Made by a program: the position numbers and the translations under genes
Shown: positions 25,820 through 35,226 of the stretch, piece by piece
How positions within the stretch are numbered: the stretch's first letter is position 1
Layout of the letters: every line of letters begins with the position of its first letter
Assembly: GCA_043820105.1 (NCBI GenBank)
Contig: JBDREC010000010.1
Location: 124,001 to 174,602, forward strand
Source: Pseudomonadota bacterium
GTDB taxonomy: Bacteria > Bdellovibrionota_F > JAHFAK01 > JBDREC01
Length of the DNA: 50,602 bases
Direction of reading: 5' to 3'
The notes under the pieces: model-generated
Database searches by the model: none
Seen by the model: the letters and a program-made list of their open reading frames with translations, nothing else
What the model was told of the DNA's origin: nothing

Positions 25820-27456
25820 TCTTGATTGTTAATCATTTCTGAAAGGATTTTTGAAATTCTTTTTTGTACGATATTTTCAACAATAGACGGTGCTTCGGTT
25901 TCAAGAAATTTGCCAACTAGTTTTTCACAAGTGCTAGAAAAAATTTCCTCTGCTTTTTCAGTAGAAATTGGTAAATTATCAAATGTTGGTTCGGTTTCTT
26001 GTGTTGAGGTAGCTTTTGCTTCAATATTATTAGAAACAATGTCGATTTTCTTTTTATTAATTATACTTTTAATATAATTATCTATTTCATGGTCTGTAAC
26101 TTTATCTGCCATCTCTTTTCTTTTTGATTCAATTGCTTTTGGGGAAAGTTTTTCTTCTCCTTTTTCATCTGATGATTTGCTAATTTTCTCCATAGTTTTT
26201 CTCATCTCAACGGGATCTAAGGGTTTAAGAGCAGAGTCCACATCAAAAAATGAGTAATCTTGCAACTCTTCATCGATTCCAATTGCTGGTGATTTTTCTT
26301 CTATAATATCTATGCTAATATCATCTCCTTGGATTTCAAGTTCTTGCTCAAGGAACTCTTTGGGCCCTTCTTCTATTTTTTCGCCAAGCTCTTTATCTTC
26401 AAAATCATCTAATTGATCAAAATCAATCTCTCTTGATGGTTTAGTTTCCATCGTTTTAATGCTTTGAGCATCGTTTGGAGATTCTACTATTTTTTGATTT
26501 AATTTTTCGTGGTCAATTCTTTCTTCTATTTGTTTATTGGGTATTGAGTTTTCAATATCTCCACCAAAAAGGTCATCTAGATCATCAAGGTCCAGAGCAT
26601 CAGAATGTTCGTTTTCTTTTACTTGGATATTGTTTGTACTAAAATTTTCTTCTAGCTCATCTTCTAGTGGTGCCATAGGAATTTCACTGTTTTCTAAGCT
26701 TTCTTTTTCTAGATCCTCATCTAATGACCAATCATCATCCTCATCAACGGATTGATCTTGTTCTGGAATTTCAAAGGTATCTTCATCTCCAAGTGATTCT
26801 ATGTCGTTCTCAACCTTTGCCTCAAATTCTTCGTCTAAAAAATCATCTTCTTCAAAGCTTGGTTCTTTTTCTGAAACGCCGGTTGTTTCGGGTTCATCCT
26901 CTGCGTCATCATCGCCACTAAAATTATCAAAAAGCTCACTTTCATTTTCTGCAAAGATGTCATCCTTTTCTTTAGCAGGTTCTAATAAATCATCTTCTTC
27001 TAAAGTAAAGGTATTAGTGTCATCGGTTTTGGCTTCTTCTTCTAGTCGTATTTCATCTATGTTCTCTTCTTCAGGGGTTAAGAATTCCTCTTGCCCTGAT
27101 GAGCTTAAAAGATCATTGATTTGAGTTTCTAGTTCATCTGCCTTAAATGGTTTAACAATATATGAAGTTTTTACCACATCAGGTAAAATATAATTTTCTT
27201 CTTTTTCATTTTTATTTAATAATACAAGTATTGGGATATTTTTTAAAGAGACCTCGGAAACAAGAACATTCATGTTGTCATATTCATCGAAATTAGAATC
27301 TATGAGCAGTAAATTGAAATCTTGATTATTTAATTGTTCTTTAAGTTCTTCAAAATTAAATGAAAAATCTAAACTAAAATTATCTGCAAATAATGAGGTT
27401 TCAATGGATGTTTTAATAATATTACTTGTTGTTGCGCTTAAAATTTTAAATGGCAT
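25816..27456 (-). CDS. Degenerate receiver domain, long acidic disordered linker and C-terminal helix (RomR-like)
   Basis: LLLIDS...IPILVL...YIVKPF; D/E-rich centre; C-terminal CEKLVGKFLETEAPSIVENIVQKRISKIL; GAGG RBS before ATG 27456. Confidence 0.65.
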   Translation of the reverse strand: MPFKILSATTSNIIKTSIETSLFADNFSLDFSFNFEELKEQLNNQDFNLLLIDSNFDEYDNMNVLVSEVSLKNIPILVLLNKNEKEENYILPDVVKTSYIVKPFKADELETQINDLLSSSGQEEFLTPEEENIDEIRLEEEAKTDDTNTFTLEEDDLLEPAKEKDDIFAENESELFDNFSGDDDAEDEPETTGVSEKEPSFEEDDFLDEEFEAKVENDIESLGDEDTFEIPEQDQSVDEDDDWSLDEDLEKESLENSEIPMAPLEDELEENFSTNNIQVKENEHSDALDLDDLDDLFGGDIENSIPNKQIEERIDHEKLNQKIVESPNDAQSIKTMETKPSREIDFDQLDDFEDKELGEKIEEGPKEFLEQELEIQGDDISIDIIEEKSPAIGIDEELQDYSFFDVDSALKPLDPVEMRKTMEKISKSSDEKGEEKLSPKAIESKRKEMADKVTDHEIDNYIKSIINKKKIDIVSNNIEAKATSTQETEPTFDNLPISTEKAEEIFSSTCEKLVGKFLETEAPSIVENIVQKRISKILSEMINNQE

Positions 27457-27490
27457 TTTTTTCCTCAAATAAATTATATAAAAATAATTG

Positions 27491-28285
27491 CTATAAGTTA
27501 GTTAAGTCAGCTTTTTCAACCATTTCAGGAATAATTAGGTCTGACTTTGAACTTAAACCCACCAGTAAGGTTAAATCACAAAGGGTGTTTATAAGTCTTG
27601 GAATTCCCTCTGTTTTTTCGTAAATCATATCACTGGCTTCTTCTGTAAAAATCTGTTTTTCAGCTCCAGCGACTTTTAATCTAAAATTAATGTATGATAT
27701 AGTTTCTTCTCTGTTAAGAGGCGCTAGTCTGTATTTAAGGGCTATTCTTTGATGCAGTTGTGGAATGGAATCAATTTTATTTCTTAACTCTGGTTGCCCC
27801 ATTAAGACCAGGTTTAGCAAAAATCGATCATTTAGCTGAAAATTCAACAAAAGCCTTATTTCTTCAAAAGTTTCTTTTGGAATTATTTGTGCCTCGTCAA
27901 TAATAATGACAGTTAAAAACCCCCTTTTCATGTTTTCATATAGTAATTCATTTAGAGTTCTTAATAGCATTTGCTTTGTTTTTTGAGGAGTTTCAATGCC
28001 AGATTGATAGAGAATTTCCCTAAGAAAATCACGAGGTGGTAAGGATGGATTTTCAATTAAAGCAAGCTTGATTCTATCTTTTGGTAATTGGTTAACAAGA
28101 TATCTGGAAATTGTTGTTTTACCACAACCTATATCACCTACAAGTAAACATGCTCCTTTATTATTCCAAATTCCATATAAAAGTCTGGATATAATTTCTT
28201 CATGCAAATTTGAATGATAGAAAAATTTTGGATTTGGTGTGTTTTCAAATGGGGATTCATTAAGACCCCAGTATTTTGTGTACAT
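27491..28285 (-). CDS. ExeA/GspA-family AAA ATPase
   Basis: MYTKYWGLNESPF, GDIGCGKTT, IIDEAQ, LMGQPEL and GIPRLINTLCD motifs. Confidence 0.93.
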   Translation of the reverse strand: MYTKYWGLNESPFENTPNPKFFYHSNLHEEIISRLLYGIWNNKGACLLVGDIGCGKTTISRYLVNQLPKDRIKLALIENPSLPPRDFLREILYQSGIETPQKTKQMLLRTLNELLYENMKRGFLTVIIIDEAQIIPKETFEEIRLLLNFQLNDRFLLNLVLMGQPELRNKIDSIPQLHQRIALKYRLAPLNREETISYINFRLKVAGAEKQIFTEEASDMIYEKTEGIPRLINTLCDLTLLVGLSSKSDLIIPEMVEKADLTNL

Positions 28286-28334
28286 AGTTAAATTATCTCT
28301 AAGTTCCTAATAAATTATACAAAAAATCATTTAT

Positions 28335-28364
28335 ATTATAGATTTTATTCTGTCCTATTGTCAA
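28335..28364 (-). promoter_or_regulatory. Consensus sigma70 promoter of the ExeA-RomR-like-dus-tonB run
   Basis: TTGACA-N18-TATAAT on the minus strand. Confidence 0.75.
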
Positions 28365-28421
28365 ATTAAAATAAATGGAAAATCTTGAAATTAATAATAA
28401 ATATTGGGGACTCGAGAATTT

Positions 28422-29519
28422 TTAAGTTTGAGCAAGTCGAGTCTTGGGAAACAGACCTTTTTCTCTTGCTTCACTGCAAAACCAAAAGGGTGCCATTAGG
28501 TTTTTTTCTTTATAATAATTTTGAGCAATGCAGGAACCAAGACACATATTTTTCATAAGACAATCAGCACAAACACCCTCAAGATTTTTGGGCAAATTAT
28601 CTCTAATCTCGTTTAGCATCTTGCTTTCTTTCCAAACCTTTTCTAATTCATCTTTGTTTGCATCACCAAAAACTAGCTCAGGAATGCTTTCACCAATGCC
28701 ACAAAGAGCATATAAGCCATTTGATAGAACGCCTAGTATTCCAAATATACCACAAATTCCAGTTCCAGTTGATCTGTCACCAAACATTGCGCTTAGGGAT
28801 TTGAAAGCCATTGGATGGCTATAGTGAAGTCTCATTTGATATTTTTTAGCTAAATCTTGTTCAACCCATTTTCCGATTTCAATAAGTTTTTCAATTCCCA
28901 AGGTTTGTCCTTGTTCATGCATAGCCTTGCCACGTTCAGTTGGTTGAACAATATTGAATTTAACGGATGAAGCCTTAAGGTCAGCTGCAAAACTTACAAG
29001 GTCTTCAATCTCATGTTTATTGTGTTCCATAATTGACATGATTATTTGAGGATTAAGATTTTCCTTAACAAGGATTTTTATTCCTTCAACGGATTTATCA
29101 AAGCAGCCCTTAACTCCTCTTACCCACTCATTTGTTTCTGCCTTTGCTCCATCTAAGGATACAGAGACAAAGGGTCTTTTTAGCTGTCTGATTTTTTTTG
29201 CTAAAGGTTCAGTAACAGACACACCATTTGTTTCCATAGTGAATCCAAGGTCTTGTTCCTTGATGTGATTAATGATTTTATCTATTTCAGGATGGATTAG
29301 GGGTTCTCCGCCAGTTAGTTTTACACTTCGCAGGCCAAGTGGTTTTGCTTGTTTAATTATATGCTTAAAGGTATCCAAATTTAAACTAGTGTATTTTTTT
29401 TCGCCTTCTTCATATTTTGGGGCTATCCAGCAATGGCGACATCTTAAATTACAACCTTCTGTAAGGTAAAAATATAAGGTGTTTAAATTATAGGTTCTTT
29501 CGTTTTTTGAAGGTTCCAT
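28422..29519 (-). CDS. scmF: SynChlorMet-cassette radical SAM/SPASM protein ScmF
   Basis: YFYLTEGCNLRCRHCWIAPKY, CGIFGILGVL, YALCGIGESIPELVFG, CLGSCIAQNYY and APFWFC match the ScmF family as I recall it; adjacent to a PqqD-like gene. Confidence 0.85.
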   Translation of the reverse strand: MEPSKNERTYNLNTLYFYLTEGCNLRCRHCWIAPKYEEGEKKYTSLNLDTFKHIIKQAKPLGLRSVKLTGGEPLIHPEIDKIINHIKEQDLGFTMETNGVSVTEPLAKKIRQLKRPFVSVSLDGAKAETNEWVRGVKGCFDKSVEGIKILVKENLNPQIIMSIMEHNKHEIEDLVSFAADLKASSVKFNIVQPTERGKAMHEQGQTLGIEKLIEIGKWVEQDLAKKYQMRLHYSHPMAFKSLSAMFGDRSTGTGICGIFGILGVLSNGLYALCGIGESIPELVFGDANKDELEKVWKESKMLNEIRDNLPKNLEGVCADCLMKNMCLGSCIAQNYYKEKNLMAPFWFCSEAREKGLFPKTRLAQT

Positions 29520-29580
29520 TATTATTTCCTTTTTTCTAAACAAATAATTTTTTTTAAAGGAGGAAAAGAAATTAAAAATA

Positions 29581-29862
29581 CTAAGAATTAATTTCGTAAG
29601 CTACATATCCTTTTTCTTCCAACTCTTTAATAAAAGTTTTCACATGATCTTCAGCTTCATCAGGAACTTGTTCAAGTTCAGTATTGATTGTTGTTACTAT
29701 ATCACCAACAGAATGCTTGCCATCAAGAAGGTTCCAAATAAAAACAGATGTTGGATTTAAGCCATAGGCATCACCAGTATCTGGGTTAAACAAGATCGCC
29801 CAGTCATCAAATTCTTCTCTTAGCATTATATCTGGGTTTTTAACAGGATTATCTTTGCTCAT
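29581..29862 (-). CDS. scmD: PqqD-family RiPP recognition element (ScmD-like)
   Basis: LREEFDDWAILFNPDTGDAYGLNPTSVFIWNLLDG...FIKELEEKG; likely start ATG 29862. Confidence 0.85.
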   Translation of the reverse strand: MSKDNPVKNPDIMLREEFDDWAILFNPDTGDAYGLNPTSVFIWNLLDGKHSVGDIVTTINTELEQVPDEAEDHVKTFIKELEEKGYVAYEINS

Positions 29863-29929
29863 TTTATTTCCCAAAATTAATTAATTTAGTTTTCATTAGT
29901 AAGTTTTATAATGAAGGTCAATAAAGAAA

Positions 29930-31165
29930 TCAGTTTTTCTTGGTTTCCATATATTTTCTACGAAAGGCTAAAAATTCCATAAAACATATATATATAAAGG
30001 CATAGTAAAGGCCTTTTTTAAAATATCTTTTTAAAGTATAATAGTAATTCCATTTGGATCGTTTCTGCCTGCCTTGATCCATTGGATTATCGATTATAAT
30101 AAAAGGGGATGCAATTTGTATTAGCTCAACCTTGGCGACTTCTAGCTCTTTTTGAAGGTAAATTAGAATTTCTTTTTGTATGTGGTATTCGAGTTCCAGT
30201 CGCCTATATTCAATGTCTAAGACAGGAACTTTTGAAACAGGGACAGTAATATCATCATTTTTTGAAAGAAGAAAATTTTTGGCTATTTCTTTATATTCCG
30301 CTTTTAAAGTGTTTATATCACTATTAAGTTCATTTACTACATCTTTGTTATCAATTTCAAGCTCAATGCTTTTTATTGTTTCAAGTTCAATTTGTTTTAA
30401 TGAAATTTGAGAAATAAGAGAAGACGCCTTGCCTAAAAGGCCAGAAAGACTTTTGTTTATTTTTAAACTTCCACGACCTTCTGCAAATATCATTAATTTA
30501 TTGTTTAATTGCTCAATGTTGCTTGTAATTCTTATCATTCTTGTTTCAAGAGATGTAACTTTATCTTTAAGGTTTTTAGATTTTATTTCAATTAAATAGC
30601 CTTTAAGTTCTTCGAGATAAGTTTTCAATATTTTAACACACAAATCTTGATATTTAAACTGAACGGAAAAGCTAATAATTTCACTTTGAGATTGTTGCCA
30701 GAACTGAAAACTATCTTTATTTCCCCAGGTCGAGATATGTCCGGATAACATTAAGGCTCCTTCAGTTATTGTTGGGGCTTCATTGTCAAAAAAGAATCCC
30801 TTTTTCCACTTTTTTTCGTCTTCATCCCACTGTTTTTCAAAAAGAATTGGCAAAAGATCCAATTTATTTACAACTCTTTCAGCAAGGGTTCTTGAGCTGA
30901 TAATTGCATTAAAATAACGGTTTCTAGAAGTGGTTGAATTCAAAAAATGATCCAAAGGACCTGATGTTGAAGTGTTTGCAATATTTGTTTTTTCAACAGT
31001 TGGAATAATTGTAGCATTAGACGTATAATTTGGCCGATATTTTAAAATTTCATAAAGTCCATACAAAAGACATAATAATATGATTAAAGCTATGCCTTTT
31101 CTATATGCAAATATGATTTTAAGGATATCTAGTATAATTTTTTTATGTTTTTTATTTAATTTCAT
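29930..31165 (-). CDS. Wzz/GumC-like polysaccharide co-polymerase (no kinase domain)
   Basis: N-terminal TM, YTSNATIIP, SRTLAERVVNKLDL, coiled coil, IIDNP and a C-terminal hydrophobic segment. Confidence 0.8.
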   Translation of the reverse strand: MKLNKKHKKIILDILKIIFAYRKGIALIILLCLLYGLYEILKYRPNYTSNATIIPTVEKTNIANTSTSGPLDHFLNSTTSRNRYFNAIISSRTLAERVVNKLDLLPILFEKQWDEDEKKWKKGFFFDNEAPTITEGALMLSGHISTWGNKDSFQFWQQSQSEIISFSVQFKYQDLCVKILKTYLEELKGYLIEIKSKNLKDKVTSLETRMIRITSNIEQLNNKLMIFAEGRGSLKINKSLSGLLGKASSLISQISLKQIELETIKSIELEIDNKDVVNELNSDINTLKAEYKEIAKNFLLSKNDDITVPVSKVPVLDIEYRRLELEYHIQKEILIYLQKELEVAKVELIQIASPFIIIDNPMDQGRQKRSKWNYYYTLKRYFKKGLYYAFIYICFMEFLAFRRKYMETKKN

Positions 31166-31236
31166 ATCTTAATTTATTTTACAGCATTTAATCGCTTATG
31201 CGATACTAGACTTGAAAAATAAAAACAATAAAAAAG

Positions 31237-32445
31237 TTATATTTCATAATAAGAATCAAGGCCTGTTTTTTGAGCAGATTCAGTATCTTTTAAGCCGTTT
31301 CCTGTAATTGTTATTACAACAGAGGCATCTTTTTCAATTTTTGAAGCTATTGCGAGTTTTTTAAAAGCAGCAAAACTGGCGGCAGCCGATGGTTCAGCAA
31401 AAACTCCAGTTTTGGTCGCACAAAGTTTCATTGCTTCAAGGATTTCTTTGTCTGTAACTGTTTCAAAAAATCCGCCAGAGTTATTAACTGCATTAATAGC
31501 TTTAATATAATTTCTGGGAATAGCTACAGCTATGCTATCAGCTAAAGTGTTTGGTTTACAATCTTGTAGCTTACCATTATTTTCCCAAGCTTTTTTTATT
31601 GCATCACAGCCACTTGCTTGAACTGAAATGATTTTTGGAATTTTGTTTGTAATGTTAAGTGCCTTTAGATCAAAAAATCCTTTGTAAATTGAGGAAGTAA
31701 TGCAGCCATCACCTGCTGAAACAATAACATAGTCTGGAATTTCAAAATTCAATTGCTCAGCCATTTCCAGGGCAACAGTCTTTTTACCTTCAACTAGCAA
31801 TGGATTAATAGCACAGTTTCTATTATAAAACCCTTTTTCGTTAACCATTTGCATTGAGAGATCAAAAGCTTTTTTATAACCGCCCTTAACACCATAAACC
31901 GTTGAGCCATAAATTAGAAGCTGAGAAAGCTTTGGTTTTGGAGCATTATCTGGAACATATATTACACTTTTTAAACCGGCTATAGATGCAAACAGGGAAA
32001 GAGAGGTGCCCGCGTTTCCAGTTGATGAGCATGTTATGGTATCTTTTTTGTTAAGCAAGGCGTCCATAACAGCTATAGCTGAAGCTCTATCTTTTAAAGA
32101 AGCCGAAGGATTTCTCCCATCGTCTTTTATATAAACGTTTTTTAATCCGTACTCAAGTTCAAGGCTTTTTGATTTGTATAAGGGGGTAAATCCAACCTGG
32201 ATATTAAAAGGTTTTGTATTATCATCTATAGGGAGTAGAGCTTTATATCTCCAAAGCGAGAAATCATTATTTAAGGCTAGTTTTTCTTTGCTAAATTCAG
32301 CTTTAATTTTTTCATAGTCATATAAAACATCTAAAATACCCTCATCTTTGCAGGATGGGCAGGTATATTCAACTTCATTTTGCTTGAATTCTTTTAGGCA
32401 CTTAACACATTTATAAGCAAATATTTTTTCTTTCTTTTTTAGCAT
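31237..32445 (-). CDS. thrC: Threonine synthase
   Basis: N-terminal CxxC-CPxC, GFTPL, NPSASLKDR, SSTGNAG, EGKKT and ITGNGLKD motifs. Confidence 0.9.
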   Translation of the reverse strand: MLKKKEKIFAYKCVKCLKEFKQNEVEYTCPSCKDEGILDVLYDYEKIKAEFSKEKLALNNDFSLWRYKALLPIDDNTKPFNIQVGFTPLYKSKSLELEYGLKNVYIKDDGRNPSASLKDRASAIAVMDALLNKKDTITCSSTGNAGTSLSLFASIAGLKSVIYVPDNAPKPKLSQLLIYGSTVYGVKGGYKKAFDLSMQMVNEKGFYNRNCAINPLLVEGKKTVALEMAEQLNFEIPDYVIVSAGDGCITSSIYKGFFDLKALNITNKIPKIISVQASGCDAIKKAWENNGKLQDCKPNTLADSIAVAIPRNYIKAINAVNNSGGFFETVTDKEILEAMKLCATKTGVFAEPSAAASFAAFKKLAIASKIEKDASVVITITGNGLKDTESAQKTGLDSYYEI

Positions 32446-32474
32446 CTGTTTTCCCGAATAAGTTTAATTAGTAA

Positions 32475-34205
32475 TCACATTCTTTCTGGAGCCTTTATTC
32501 CGAGTAAGCTTAATCCATTGTTTATGGCTAGTTTTATGGCAAAGACAAGGTGCATTCTTTGCTTTGTAAGCTCTTGATCATCTTCATTAATTATTCTTGA
32601 TGCATTATAATACCTGTTAAATGTTTTTGATAAGCTAATCAAATATTGTGCTATTAATGAGGGTTCAAACTCGTTTGCAGATTTTTCTAAAATAGATTTA
32701 AACTCACTCAATCGTTTTACAAGGTAAAATTCATCTTTAGTTTCAAGGAGGTTGAAAACTTTGATTTCATCACTAAAGCTTAAGGGGTAACTTTTTCTTA
32801 AAAGTGATGCCAGGCGAACATGGGTGTATTGAATATACGGACCTGTTTCGCCATCAAAATTTAGGATTTCATTCCAATCAAACTGAATGTCCCGGGTTCT
32901 TTTTGAGGAAAGATCAAAGAATTTAATTGCTCCTATGCCTATTGCCTGGGCTGTTTTATCTATATTTTCTAAATCAGGATTTTTTTCTTTTATTATTTCT
33001 TTTGCCAGGTCAGTTGCTTTGTTTATAACATCTTTTAAGAAGATTACCTTACCTTCTCTTGTGGACATTGCTCCATCTTTAAAATGTATTAATCCAAAAT
33101 CAACATGAGAACACTTAGATGCCCAGTTGTGACCAAGTATCTCACAGACTTTAAATAGTTGTTTGAAATGAAGTTTTTGTTCAGAGCCAACAATATAGAT
33201 TGCCTGGTCAAAATTATATTCTTTTTGTCTATATTCAATGGCTGTTAAATCCCTGGTTGCGTAAAGGGTTCCGCCATCTGATTTTTTCAAGATAAAAGGT
33301 GGCATGCCATATTCTTCAAGATCAATTATTAAAGCACCCTCTGATTGTCTGGTGAGTTTTTGAGCATTTAATTTTGCTATTGTAGCTTCCATTTTATCAT
33401 TATAAAAACTTTCACCAGTATAATGCTCAAATTCTACTTCCAGGATTTCGTATATCTCTTTGCACTCAATAAGGCCAATTTCTAAGAATTTTTTCCAGAG
33501 TTGAATTAATTCTGGGTCTTTTGCTTCTAGTTTATTAAAAATTTTTGCCGCTTGTAAATCTAGGGTTTCATCCAGTTTAGCTTCTTGATGATATTTTACA
33601 TAAAGGTTAAGCAGGTTTTTCACTGTATTGCCTTCAAAAATTGAATCATCACTCCATTTTCTATAGGCAACAATTATTTTTGCAAACTGCATTCCCCAGT
33701 CACCAAGATGGTTGATTCCAATAACCTTATAATTACATGCTTTAAGTATGTTTTTTATACAACTACCGATATTTGTTGACCTGAGATGTCCTATTGAAAA
33801 GGGTTTTGCTATATTGGGAGATGAATAATCCATTACAACAACTTGATCTTTGCCAATGTCACATGAAAAATAAGAATCCTTTTTGTTTAGAACTTGGTTT
33901 AAGACATTAGAAACAAACAAGGGCTTGTTAAGGAAGAAATTAACATATGGACCAACTGATTCAATTTTGTCGATTAGTCTTTCTGTTTCTGGAATCTGTA
34001 AAAGCCTTTCTGAAGCATTTTTGCATAGATCTTGTGATATTTGATTTGGTGCTTTTTTAAATTCTTTAGCAAGAAAAAAACATGGGAAAGCAAGATCACA
34101 TAAATTTTCATCCTTTGGACGCTCTAACATTTCAAAAATCTTTGTCTTATCACAATTTAATTCAGGTTCTAATAAGTCTATTATAAACTGACTATACTTA
34201 TCCAA
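32475..34205 (-). CDS. argS: Arginine-tRNA ligase
   Basis: DYSSPNIAKPFSIGHLRST, NHLGDWG, LYATRDL, MSTREG and GPYIQYTH motifs. Confidence 0.97.
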   Translation of the reverse strand: MDKYSQFIIDLLEPELNCDKTKIFEMLERPKDENLCDLAFPCFFLAKEFKKAPNQISQDLCKNASERLLQIPETERLIDKIESVGPYVNFFLNKPLFVSNVLNQVLNKKDSYFSCDIGKDQVVVMDYSSPNIAKPFSIGHLRSTNIGSCIKNILKACNYKVIGINHLGDWGMQFAKIIVAYRKWSDDSIFEGNTVKNLLNLYVKYHQEAKLDETLDLQAAKIFNKLEAKDPELIQLWKKFLEIGLIECKEIYEILEVEFEHYTGESFYNDKMEATIAKLNAQKLTRQSEGALIIDLEEYGMPPFILKKSDGGTLYATRDLTAIEYRQKEYNFDQAIYIVGSEQKLHFKQLFKVCEILGHNWASKCSHVDFGLIHFKDGAMSTREGKVIFLKDVINKATDLAKEIIKEKNPDLENIDKTAQAIGIGAIKFFDLSSKRTRDIQFDWNEILNFDGETGPYIQYTHVRLASLLRKSYPLSFSDEIKVFNLLETKDEFYLVKRLSEFKSILEKSANEFEPSLIAQYLISLSKTFNRYYNASRIINEDDQELTKQRMHLVFAIKLAINNGLSLLGIKAPERM

Positions 34206-34285
34206 TATTATCTCCTTTGGGGATTTTGAATCTCTTTAATCTTTCCTAGTAAGCTGATGCAACAAAAAATGCAAATAAAAAGCTA

Positions 34286-34301
34286 TGGCATTATATTTGC
34301 A
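34286..34301 (+). promoter_or_regulatory. Putative sigma54 promoter
   Basis: TGGCAT-TATAT-TTGCA with GG-N10-GC spacing, 13 nt upstream of ATG 34315. Confidence 0.65.
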
Positions 34302-34314
34302 TGGCTACATAAAT

Positions 34315-35226
34315 ATGAGGAAATATTTTTTAATACTATTACTTTTATTTTCAGCCTGCAGTCCAGGAATTTATGAAGAAGATATAAGCCTTGTTGATTT
34401 GGAAGAAAAGCTTTATATGCACGTTTTTAATGTCGGGCAAGGCAGTTCAACCCTTTTTTATCAATCAAATGGAGCATCTGTTTTGATTGATGGAGGCAGT
34501 TATGGGCAAGCAACTAGCAGTATTTTCGCTTTTATTGAGGAAAGGCTGGCAAATAGAGTTGATTACTTTTTACTAACACACTTTCATGAAGATCATTTAG
34601 GAGGCTTGAATGCATTGATTGCTGGCCAAGATTTGATTGTTAATACAAAAGATGATGTTTTTCCCAGGGGGGCATTTTTGATAAGAGAACTCGAAAGGAA
34701 TGAGGGGATTGAAGACTATATAAATTATGCTTCTGATAATTTTGATTTCCAAGAAATATATAGCGGTGATATTTTCACGATATCTGATAGTCTGAAAATG
34801 ATTTGTTATCTTTCAAATGGGGGTTTTATTGGAGGTGGCAATATCGTGATTGACAATAATGATGAAAATTCAAAATCTGTTGCCGTTTTGTTAACTTTTG
34901 CTGGCAGTAAAATATTAATAGCAGGAGATTTGACAGGGGGAGGGGAATCTACTATTGATATGGAAACAGCACTTGGTAATCTTGTTTCAGAAATAGATGT
35001 TTTAATTGTAAATCATCATGGCTCAAATAGTAGCAGTAATGAAAAATTTTTAGAAAGCACAAAACCGAAGATTGCAATTTTTTCATATGGCCAAGAAAAT
35101 CAATATGGTCATCCCTCTTTCGATGTAATCGAAAGATTTGAAAAATATAATTCAGATTTATATTTTACACCGAATGGAGATATAGATTTAGTTTTTTCAA
35201 ATCATGGAGTTTCTATTTATCAATGA
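34315..35226 (+). CDS. ComEC/Rec2-like metallo-beta-lactamase-fold lipoprotein (putative nuclease)
   Basis: LFSA-C lipobox; NVGQG, IDGG, THFHEDHLGG, AGD, HHGS and YGHP motifs; no ComEC membrane domain. Confidence 0.85.
   Translation: MRKYFLILLLLFSACSPGIYEEDISLVDLEEKLYMHVFNVGQGSSTLFYQSNGASVLIDGGSYGQATSSIFAFIEERLANRVDYFLLTHFHEDHLGGLNALIAGQDLIVNTKDDVFPRGAFLIRELERNEGIEDYINYASDNFDFQEIYSGDIFTISDSLKMICYLSNGGFIGGGNIVIDNNDENSKSVAVLLTFAGSKILIAGDLTGGGESTIDMETALGNLVSEIDVLIVNHHGSNSSSNEKFLESTKPKIAIFSYGQENQYGHPSFDVIERFEKYNSDLYFTPNGDIDLVFSNHGVSIYQ

Noticed and set aside
34315-35226. Complete ComEC competence channel
   Set aside because: Only the MBL domain is present; there is no multi-pass competence domain
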